The notes beneath the pieces were generated by a model. The model saw nothing but the letters and a program-made list of their open reading frames with translations. It did no database searches and was not told the DNA's origin. A stretch of 58,077 nucleotides of DNA, counting the filler, from Jimgerdemannia flammicorona (lineage: Eukaryota): NCBI GenBank assembly GCA_003990765.1. It is 3 parts of 3 records of this genome, joined end to end, with 100 filler letters (N's around TTAATTAATTAA, not from the genome) between each part and the next. Parts side by side here need not be neighbours in the genome. Positions count along the whole stretch, not along the records: positions 1 to 19,294 come from RBNJ01001978.1; positions 19,395 to 38,686 come from RBNJ01001979.1; 1 more part is not named here. One strand, written 5' to 3'. Below are positions 12,101-21,985 of the stretch, piece after piece; the first letter of the stretch is position 1, and every line of letters begins with the position of its first letter. Both the position numbers and the translations under genes were made by a program.

Positions 12101-13692
12101 AAGCCAAAGGGGGATGATACGGTTGTAGGAAGCAGTTCCTGGGGATGGGAGGGGAGATGGATAAGATGAGATAGGGAGTCGGTGGGGTTAGATGAGGAAG
12201 GAATATACTGAGCTTGGATATCAAACCCTCTGTTGAGATGTAAGAGGGTAATGCGTCGTAAAAGATCATTGACGAGAGGGTGGTGCTGTGCCCAACCACT
12301 GGTTAGCAATTCAATACAGGGTTGGCTATCGCACCATAAGATGATATGCTGATGATGAAAGGAGGAACCCCACAATGCAAGCGAAACCCAGATGGCGAAC
12401 ATTTCCTTCCAGAAAATATCATATCCCTTCTGGTTGCTGAATGAAGAGGCCCACTGAATGCTCCACCAGCATTGGCCCAGAAGGCCGCCGGCACCAATTG
12501 TTCTGGATGCATCTGTGAATAGACCACAATCCTGCCAATCAGAGTGGAAAAGCAGGCGACAACCTGTCCATGAGCATAAGATGTCCTGCCACCATTGAAG
12601 ATCAGTGGCTAGGCGAGAAGATAGATGATGCCGCCCAGCATAGGGTGGTTTCCATGCAGAGATGAAATGAATGATGGAATCACAGAATACTTTCCCATCT
12701 GGAAGGACTTGGATAACATGCATGAGATGACCCAGTAGTGAATGAGCATCGTGGTAAGACCGAGGATGTGGCCGATGAGCCTGATGAGGTATTATGAGCC
12801 AGTCTGCGAGCAGAGAGAGGATGCATGTACGTTTTTCAAGTGGGAGGCTGATTGTCATATTGGGGGCATCGAGGAGAAAGCCCATGTACTCGATAGTTGG
12901 TGTGGGAGGTATATCCTTGGCTGCTTTGAGGGGAAGACCAAAGCGAGCAGCAACCGAGTGAAACTGCAAGTATGTAGACTGAGCAGTAGAGGGTGATGCG
13001 ACATAGATAAAGTCATCCACAAAGTGGCCCAAATTGGGAAGGTTATACTGCTGAATGCAAATCCATGTGAACAAATCCATCAGAGATGTGAATATGAATG
13101 GTGCTGAGCGAAGGCCAAATGGAAGGAACATGTCAAGGAAGAAAAGGCCAAGCCAGCAGATGCCTTGCATAGCCCAGTCAGACCAGTGAATGGGGATCAT
13201 GCGAAAGGCTTCAGCAATATCTGCCTTCCAAAATAGTAGAGCTGTGGCACCAAGTGCGAGGAGTAGCTGGAGGAAGGACTGGATCGACTGGTACTGAATT
13301 GAAAACTCCTCTGGGTTGATGCCATCATTTACAGAGGCTCCCTCTGGGAAGGACAGGTGTTGAATAGTGCGAAGTTTAGTAGAGTTCTTTTTTGGGACAA
13401 CTCCTAGGAGAGCATTGCGAAAGGGACGAAACTCAGTTGGTAATGTAGAGGGAGATGAAAAGGGTCCTAAGTAGCGACCAGCTTGAAGTTTGGCAAGAAT
13501 GTTGGCAGAAAGGATATCATGATGTTGGTAAGCTGATGCCAGATTGTCAGATATGTAGTCGATATGAAGCTCAGGATGGGAGTGATTGCCGTGAAGGTAA
13601 CCCTGATGTAGGCCTATTAAGTGGTACTGAACGAGAAGTTGGTCTGGATGGGTGTGAAGTGCTCGTTGCCACTCCCAAGGCAGTATAGACAT
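12010..13692 (-). CDS. Ngaro reverse transcriptase-RNase H (uninterrupted 560-aa ORF)
   Basis: LGVVPKK, SVNDGI, KADIAEAFRMIP, LPFGLRSAPFIF, FVDDF, EYMGFLLD. RNase H motifs FTDAS, KEMFAI, WCDS, YIPSSSNPTDSLS. Confidence 0.93.
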   Translation of the reverse strand: MSILPWEWQRALHTHPDQLLVQYHLIGLHQGYLHGNHSHPELHIDYISDNLASAYQHHDILSANILAKLQAGRYLGPFSSPSTLPTEFRPFRNALLGVVPKKNSTKLRTIQHLSFPEGASVNDGINPEEFSIQYQSIQSFLQLLLALGATALLFWKADIAEAFRMIPIHWSDWAMQGICWLGLFFLDMFLPFGLRSAPFIFTSLMDLFTWICIQQYNLPNLGHFVDDFIYVASPSTAQSTYLQFHSVAARFGLPLKAAKDIPPTPTIEYMGFLLDAPNMTISLPLEKRTCILSLLADWLIIPHQAHRPHPRSYHDAHSLLGHLMHVIQVLPDGKVFCDSIIHFISAWKPPYAGRHHLSSRLATDLQWWQDILCSWTGCRLLFHSDWQDCGLFTDASRTIGAGGLLGQCWWSIQWASSFSNQKGYDIFWKEMFAIWVSLALWGSSFHHQHIILWCDSQPCIELLTSGWAQHHPLVNDLLRRITLLHLNRGFDIQAQYIPSSSNPTDSLSHLIHLPSHPQELLPTTVSSPFGFAIDSSPVSTNTLTPALVPFDLAPTPSTTS

Positions 13693-13725
13693 GCTGGGGG
13701 GTCAGACAGGGGTGGGGTCACAAGA

Positions 13726-14997
13726 TTAGCCGTGGCAAATAGAGCACTCTGTACCTGGGTGAGAGCTATAGCAGAACAAGCAGACATGTGGGTGGCCACA
13801 ATTGCTGTGGCAGCCGAAGCCATTGTAGTTACAACAGATAGAACTGGCTGCACTATTCGAGGAGAGAGTATTATCTGGTTTGATGGGGAATATAGGTCGC
13901 ATGAGAGGGGTTTGGGTGCAAGAGGTCGACACATGCCCCCGAACCCTGCACTGAAAGCATAAAAGGGGACATAATGAGGTCATTCTGGGACTTCCTATTG
14001 AGGAGGCCGTTGCCTGTATAGGCCGACGTGTTGGTTGGTAGGCAAGTGGTGCTGATGCCAGCTGGCCGACAATGGTTTCAAACATGCGCCGGACAGCATC
14101 TGGGTTGCCAATATCCAGCTCTGGAAAGGATGCTTTAAGTGTGTGAACTTGCCGGTCAAACTGCTGAAGAGCAGCCTAGTCATAATGGTTGTTGATGGCC
14201 TTGATGATAAAGATGATATGTACGAGTAGCTGTGCAGCATGTGCAGTGTGGGGAGCAGCACGAGTAGTGCCCAGAGACAGCAATATACCCCGAATATTGA
14301 AGATGGCTTTAAGCCAGAGTGGTAGGTCGAGATCGCGGTCTGGTGGATGTGAATCAGGTTTTCGCCGATTGCTTGGACACGATAGTAAGACATTGCCTGT
14401 CCATTCGGCCAGTATTTGATATTCCCCTGCCTTAAGTGAGGTCAGCAGCTCCGATGGAACCCAATCGTGATGTAGAACAGCATCAGAGACGAACGGGGAA
14501 TTAGATGACTCACCATTTAAAGGGTTTGAAAACTATGCTGGTAAGGGTGCTGATTGGGTTGGCTGTGGTAAAAGCGAGAGAACTGCCGGAGAGGTGTAGG
14601 TGGCTGGAAGAGGGAGTGCTGGTGGTACGCTGGGTGATAGGACTGGAGGGGGGTTGATGTTGGCTAAAGGTCCGTGGAGATGTGCCACGAGTGCTGGAAG
14701 TAGCTATTCAATCAATACATCGACTTCATAACCATCAGGGAGCAGTGCTGGAGCCAGCGCCATAGGTTCAGCAACTGGGAAATCGGGGCCAGGTCGATGA
14801 GCATCGAGACGTGTAACCAGGGTGGCCTTTTGACCATCTATGGAGAGGTCGTGTTTGCGGCAGAGTGTGATGAGCTAGTCCTTGCACAACGTACGTAGGC
14901 TAGTTAAGTTGGGAATTGATGGGGGCATATGTGGGGCACCAGGTGCTAGAACTGGGGGACCAGACAGTAGGCCTTGAGACCGACGGATAGGTGGCAT
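13726..14997 (-). pseudogene. gag: Ngaro Gag (424 codons, several premature TAG): SAP-like N-terminus, CCHC knuckle and C-terminal Cys/His finger
   Basis: Reading through stops: MPPIRRS...LRTLCKD*LITLCRKHDLSIDGQKATLVTRLD...CFQCRVRGHVSTSC...CCNYNGFGCHSNCGHPHVCLFCYSSHPGTEC. In frame with ORF 13726-14085. Confidence 0.8.
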
Positions 14998-16778
14998 GAT
15001 GTATCTGAGAGATAGTGTGTGAAATCAATTGATATGAATTACTAACAATGATTGCTAGAGTATATTGAGGGAAATGTGTGGCTGCTGCCTAACTCTTGGA
15101 TATGCGGTTGGAGCTTGGACTAGCTAAGGTAGGGTGCAGAAAGCAATTGAAACTGACTAAGCTAAGATGGTAGATTGCATGATTACATTGCATGAATGTT
15201 TAAGCACATGGTAGGGTGCAGGAAGCAATTGAAACTGACTAATCTAAGATAGTAGTTGTATTGTGTGATGAATGTTAGATGCACAAGTGTTAAGCACAAT
15301 GGCCACTTTGCTGCATTTTGAACTATGTTCACAACTATATATAAAAACAGAAAATTATAAGATAGAGATACTGTTCAATTTAAATCTAATTTTTCAAAAT
15401 TCAATAACTCAACCAAACCTATCCAAATTTAATAAATTTTAACTTATTAGATATATCTTCATCAGTTATTGCATTTTGAAGTTAGGATAAAACTTTTGAA
15501 TCACTATAAATAATTACAAAACTCTACTTTATTATATAAGTAAAAAATAATAATAAAATAAATATATTAATATATCTCAAATGAGATCAAAATTTCATTT
15601 AAAATAAGCAAATATAACTTCTTATATATTTATTATTAATTGTTATAATCTAATAATTTCAAGTTAAATTTAAATAAGTTAAGTTTAAATATATGTAAAT
15701 ATAAATTAAAACAAATAAAAAAAATACATTATTTTAATAATAATTAATTATATTTTAATATATTGTAATATACTAGCTCAATGGAGATAAATTATAAGAT
15801 TGGAACTGATATATAGATTAGCTTGAGCTCTCAGTTATTTTGTTAAAAAGTAATAAAATATTTAATAGTTTCTAATATAAGTTCAAGTAGTATATAATGT
15901 AAACAATTTCAGTAGTTTTCTAATTAGACAGATTTGATATAATATAGTATTTCAAATAGATTCTCTTAAATATAATAGATTTCTCTTCTGGCTTAGTCTG
16001 ATAAGTATACCAAATATATCAGATTTTCTTTCTGGCTTTATCTAATAAGTATACCAAAAGAGCAGAGTTCTCAAATTTAGGCTTAATCTAGTAAGCAGAC
16101 CTAAATTAGCAGACTTTTCTTCTTTATATTAAAAAGTAGACTAAAGTGAAAAAGAAAGCTCAAATTTCCTAAATAGTAGCTATAAAGCAGATATTTCTCC
16201 TAAGTATTGTAGTCTTTCCTAGATTAAGTGGCTTTTGGTAGATATATCTCTTAAAGAATATTAGAAAGACTTATCTTTTACTTTGGAACTTTTTAGACTC
16301 TTCTTTATATTAGAAAGTAGACTGGAGTATAAATTGGATATTATGTTATCTTACTTTTAATACAAATTTCTGACTGAGGTTTATTTACTATTATCAATGA
16401 GATATTTTATATACTTGTAGTTACTTACTAATTACTATATAATCAATTATAAAATATATATTAAAACTCATTTAGAAAAATATTCCCTTAGGAGACAGAT
16501 ATTTCTTTAGATTATAGATCTTCTCTCAGAGTATATATTTACTCTGAATCTATAAAATTTATTATAATTTTATATATCAGCTATTTATATAGTAGTGGTA
16601 TAAGGAAAAACTATATAGAATCACTATGCTGTGTATTTTTATATATTATCCAGCTATACTATAATGTTTTCTTATTATATTAGCCCTCACTATACAATGT
16701 TCTTTACTCAGACTATCCTTTAGTCATTATTCTAATATCCATAGGCATATTCTGCATCTATGTCTGTATCATTATCTC

Positions 16779-17844
16779 TTTTTTTTTTTTTTTAACAGAC
16801 TCAAAGTCCTGCAGATTTTTAATGGGAGAGAACCTGGACTATATAGGCCAAAAACCTCTCCTACCACCCATCAAGCACTGCCCCCCCATTAACATAGGCT
16901 AACTATTGTCCAGCAGCTTCACCATGCCAGGTGCAGCAGGGCCTATATTAGCCTATACCTCATTCTACATACCATGCTCTCTCTACTATCAGGGGGAACT
17001 CAGCCATATGCTAATGACTGAAAGCACATGTCCAAAACCCCAATGTGTACAAGACTATGCCCAAGTCAAATAGAAAAGCCCCTACCACCCCAAAGAGAAT
17101 AATAGGCAAAGAAAAACCCTCATCAAAGTATATCACAGTAGATAGGGCCTGGTTCTCCCAGATGAGGTGAGTAGAGGACTTATACATGAGGTGAGAGGAG
17201 ACCCCCAATATCCTGCTACTCAAGCCTGTGGGCCTTGATCATGTTTCCATATCAGCTCCCTGTTCTAGTTAAGTATAGCCAAGACATCGGAAATGGATAG
17301 CCTTGGGCCCCCCAACCCCCCCCAATGACTAGGGCCCAATCTGCTGAATTGCCAAAAGAAGCCCATAGTGACACCTACCACCTAACCACTCCATACCAAT
17401 CAAAAGGCCCCACTAAAGCAGCACCTGCCCCAGCCCTGACAACTGCCCCCAGCCTAGCACCCTACTGGTATCATAATCACCCTTCTACCAATCTGTAATA
17501 GCCATCTCTCCTCCCATCCCAACAACATCTAAAAAACAGTCACATATACCAGAACCATACTCACCAGGAAGCTTGCCAAAGCCAGAGGGCTCTACCACAG
17601 ATACTGAGGACCTGCAGGTAACCTACACTGGGCACTTGATGCCCAAGGTTTGCCAACTCTCTAAGTAACCTATGATGCATCAAGACAACACCTTATTGGT
17701 AACAGCAAAAGAAAGAAGGCACTATATCAAAATGAGTATACTCCAGATACAGCTAAAGGTACCAGAATTAGCAAAAAAGTAAAGAAGACACTGATTGGAT
17801 ACTAATAAAAGGACAACTTATCACTATTGCCCTCCTTCTACCAT
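16779..17844 (-). mobile_element. 5'-truncated polyA non-LTR retroposon (copy 1), 16-bp TSD
   Basis: PolyT at 16779-16793. TCTGTATCATTATCTC is duplicated at 16763-16778 and 17845-17860. Homologous to 55232-56428. Confidence 0.88.
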
Positions 17845-18249
17845 TCTGTATCATTATCTCCTTCTGTGTCTTAATTACTCAATTCTAAGAGTTCTTCTTC
17901 TTCAGAGAACAGTACTTCAATACTACTAAAGATTAATTGGTATCTAGCTATATTCATTTATTATATATCAATTAAGTTTAATTGAATCTGAGTGAGGACT
18001 GAGAGATTCCTTTTGTATATTTTATATAATCTGTCTACTGCAATGATATTTGTTAAGGTCAGGCCACTGGAGTTTCTTATATAGATATAGTAGATCTCTA
18101 GTAAAAAAATTGTAATAGGTATTAGGTGATGATGATATCCTTCTGAAGTATTTAGATTTATCCAGTTTTCTTGAGCTTCTAAGAATTATAGTAGTGGGAT
18201 TGGAAGAGTCTAGAGGTACTGGGCAATTCTCTAATTTATTATATTTAGA

Positions 18250-19080
18250 GAAGATATATATATCTTGAGATAGTTGATGTAGACTAGAGTTGTCAAGGGT
18301 TATATATCTTTACTCTTTATATAAATACTGGTCTCTCTAATATTATATATAATGTAAAATTCTTTATATTTAGGCTTTAATTTAGTGGTAAAGTTAAATT
18401 CAATTATATTTCTCTAAACAAAAACTAAATCATCAATCTGATCTTCAAATTCTTTTATTTCTGGTTATAGTACTTCTTTTGTCTTTTGTGGGTCTTGATT
18501 ATCTGAGCTCAGTAGTTGTTATTGTTTTTTGAGAAGATCTCTGAGGTTCTCATAATCAATAGTTCTAGTTTTCATAAAACTTTATCTCAAATGGCTTTTA
18601 TTTGGTAGAGATATTGTGGGTATTCTGAATTTCTCATAGAATCTCAGATAAGTAGAGATCTCAATTAGTAGAATTGACTTAAATAAGTTTCTTTTTGATA
18701 ATCTGATTCATTTGTCCTATCATACCATTAGTTTGAGAATGATATAATATGGTCTATTTTAAGTAGATTTGATGAATTCTGTACATTAGTCAGAGTTAAG
18801 TTTTTCTGGAGATCTATATCTATGTGTGAGGCCCTGGAGGAGGCCAGTAATAGTCAAGGTATCAGTAATTTTTATTAAAAAAGCTATAGACCATTTAGTC
18901 AGATATTCTATAAATATTAAAATATATTTGTATTTTTCTTTGTATAACTAATATGAGTTTAATAATATCTTGTTCTATCTTTGAAAAATATAGACTAATG
19001 ATGTAATTAGTTATAGTAGTACTTAAAAGTTCTTCTTTTCTTAATACTTCTGATTGATGGCACATTTCTTAAGTATATCT
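18250..19080 (-). pseudogene. Heavily mutated Ty3/gypsy integrase relic
   Basis: Degenerate motifs KYILIFIEYLTKW, YHSQTNGMI, KLKPKYKEFY (GPY/F-like). Confidence 0.65.
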
Positions 19081-19294
19081 CCGACTGGTGTTCTGAGACT
19101 AGACCAGTATTAGTATATTGTTTATAATATAACAAGCCAGTAGAAAAAATATACCAAGTTATTATCCAAATTAATAAATATAATTTAGCTATATACTATA
19201 TTAAGTGTGCTAGGCAACCAGGACTGCCCTACTGTGCTAACTTATATAAATAACCCAGATAACCAAATAAGGACACAAAGTGTTCCTTTTTTTT

Positions 19295-19394
19295 NNNNNN
19301 NNNNNNNNNNNNNNNNNNNNNNNNNNNNNNNNNNNNNNTTAATTAATTAANNNNNNNNNNNNNNNNNNNNNNNNNNNNNNNNNNNNNNNNNNNN
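19295..19394. other. Scaffold gap with artificial TTAATTAATTAA linker
   Basis: 100-nt N block with a six-frame-stop linker at 19339-19350, flanked by homopolymers. Confidence 0.97.
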
Positions 19395-20342
19395 AAAAAA
19401 AAAAAAATTATAATAAAATTATATATAATAATAAAAAAGACTCTTATTTCAATAGAATATTATATCAATTTATAGTTTTTATTTTTATTTTATAAAGTAT
19501 ATTAAAAAAAACTAGTAGCTAAGTTAGAACTTTTTTTCTCTAAGCTATATTATATTGTTGAGAGATTTATATATCTGTATAATTTATATGATTATGAGAT
19601 TTATATAGTTGAGAGAATTATACAGCTGTGAGATCAATTGACTATTAATTATATAATACTATACTATATCAGAAATCTGATTTAGATATTATGATCAAAT
19701 ATTTATTCTATAATTATTATTCTTAATTCAGATCAACTATTATAACTTTTTACTGAATAAGTCATTTCATCTGTGAATTATTGTATTTAAACTTTTATAT
19801 TCTAACTAGTGTAATATAGCAGATGCTTACTCTTGAAAGTATGTCAGATTTCTATATCTTGAAAACTTGACTGTTCTAACTCTCGCAGAGTCCTTGGGGT
19901 TGCAGGGGAGGGTGGGTGAGTTCAAAGTATATCTGCCCACAGGCTTACTAGTTCCTTTGCTATCTCTTTGCTTTTTGAACTATTTCAATCTGAGACTTTA
20001 TTCACTCTGAGATACTAGGTTATTTATACAAGTTTTGCTAGCTATAAGATGACTAAGTTATGACTATATTTCCTATATATGAGTCATTTCTTTCACAAGT
20101 GTTAAATCCTTAATATCTGTTAAATCTTTAACAATTGTCAAAGAGTTTAACATCTGTGAATAGTTTAAAATTTGTAAAAACTTTAATGTTTGTGAAATGA
20201 CTACTATCTGGGCTATACTATATTTGGGAATCAGATTCAGATATCATGATCAAATGTCTTATTCCCCTGATTTGTATTACTAATTCAGATCAACCATCAC
20301 AACTTCCTCCTGAATAGGTGATTTGTCTCTGAAACATCCTAT

Positions 20343-20804
20343 TTACTCAAACTCCCATATCTTTATGATTTGTATCTCCTTGTACTGTACAATTTGTGTC
20401 ATTACATTCTCCCAGTGATATCTTTTGATATGTCTGAAATCTCCTGGAACTACTCCTCAAAGGTGGGCTAAGGCTGGCTCGTCATCTTTGAACAACTTGT
20501 TGATTCGTTTAGCAATTGTGATCTGAGCATGGGAAAGCTGGCATTCTCTAATCCAGTCTTCTTTTCCCATCTCTGACTGCGAATTCAGTAGTTGTCCCAG
20601 TTTGAAGTATTCTTGAAACTTGGTTCAGTTCTGATTGGCCTTGAAGTGTGAAATTTGTGACAGGTGTGTCTGGACTATGCTTTGGATACTGTCAAAGGAT
20701 TCCTCCATGGTGGGTGGTTCAGTGGTATACCATTGTCTTTCTATGGCTCGCTGTGCAGCACTAATGATCTTGAGAGCTGAGGTGGTACTCCTCTGGTTAG
20801 CCAT
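20343..20804 (-). pseudogene. ORF3 accessory protein (153 aa) between integrase and 3' LTR, copy 1
   Basis: MANQRSTTSALKIISAAQRAIERQWYTTEPPTMEESFDSIQSIVQTHLSQISHFK...EYFKLGQLLN...FKDDEPALAH.... Two internal TGA (probably from CGA). Same length as copy 2. Confidence 0.75.
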
Positions 20805-21985
20805 GGTACCTCTTGAGTCAGTTTCAGTAAATAGTAGTGGGGATGATTGTGCCTGAGAGTTTTCATAGCCAAAAGGTGGTCCCTTTTATATCTTGCACAA
20901 GGTAAGGTCCTTCCCACTTGGGCTCCAGTTTTTATGATCATGAAGCTTCTACCATATTCCAATATACCAGGACTTTGTCTCCTATCTTGATAATCTCTGG
21001 GTTTGTGGGTCTTTTCTGCATTCTTCTATTATAGTGCTTGTACCTTGGTTATGTAATCTTTGGCCCTCTTCCTGATTTGGTGTAGTCTCCATATTTCTCC
21101 ATCCATATGTTTCCATACAACATCTCTATTGGACAATAGGGTTTCTCAAGAACTTTCTTCTCCAAACAACATCTCTTGAGGGGTAAAGTGGGTACTTTGT
21201 GATCTGATATCCTGGAGAGCAGATAATGCTATTGGCAGATAGTGATTCCAGTTTTCATAGTTATCACAGATCTTGGCAATAACATTTTTGAGGGTCTTGT
21301 TAGTCCTTTCTGCTTGTCTGTTTTCTTGAGGGTGATAAGCTGTGGTCTGAATGTGCTGGATCTTGTACTTCTTATAGAGAACCTCAAAGAACTGGTTCAC
21401 AAATTTGGTTCCTCTATCTGTAGTTACTTGCATTGGGGTCTCGAACTGACAGATGATTTCTTTGTAAAAGAATTTAGTGATTGACTGTGCATTGACTTCC
21501 TTGAGGGGTCCTGCTTCTATCTATTTTATAAAAAGGTCTATGATGACAATGATATATTGGTTGCCAGTCAAGGTCAAGGGTAGAGGGCCAATTACATCCA
21601 TTGCTATGTGGGCAAATGGTACTGGTTCTATGTGTGCTGATCCCAGGGCTTGGTTTTGTTGCTCTTGTTTCTGTTTCTGGCATTTGTCACAGGTTTTGAC
21701 AAATTGTCTGATATCTTCCTCCATTCCTGGCCACCATATCATTCTTTTTGCCTTATCATATGTATTTGTTCCTCCTAGATGGTCAAGTTTATGTACTGAT
21801 TTCATTGCTTGCTCCTTCTTGTGTTCTGGTATGACTTGTAGTTTTTCTTTCTTCAGTGTTTCTCCATCAGTTTCAAATTGTTTCCATGTTCTGTTGATAA
21901 TCATTTGTGTCCATTCTTCCAGATGTTGGGGCATCTTTCGCTGTTTCAGATAAGTGATGATTCTATAGTAAAGTTCCTTATTCAT
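20797..21985 (-). pseudogene. ORF2 integrase, copy 1 (own ATG, +1 frame relative to RH)
   Basis: H..DHLG...WWPGM...CDKCQ zinc domain; MDVIGPLP; TTDRGTKF; YHPQENRQAERTN; KLEPKWEGPY. No chromodomain seen. Confidence 0.88.

Larger units (their letters stand above)
10386..15340 (-). mobile_element. Full-length Ngaro-type (DIRS order) tyrosine-recombinase retrotransposon
   Basis: Split direct repeats on the minus strand: A1 (15015-15340), gag, RT/RH, YR, B1 (10893-11033), A2 (10568-10892), 41-bp spacer with AATAAA, B2 (10386-10526). No TSD and no methyltransferase domain seen. Confidence 0.92.

Noticed and set aside
19339..19350. Perfect palindrome TTAATTAATTAA (also 38731-38742)
   Set aside because: Centred in 100-nt N blocks; an artificial scaffolding linker.
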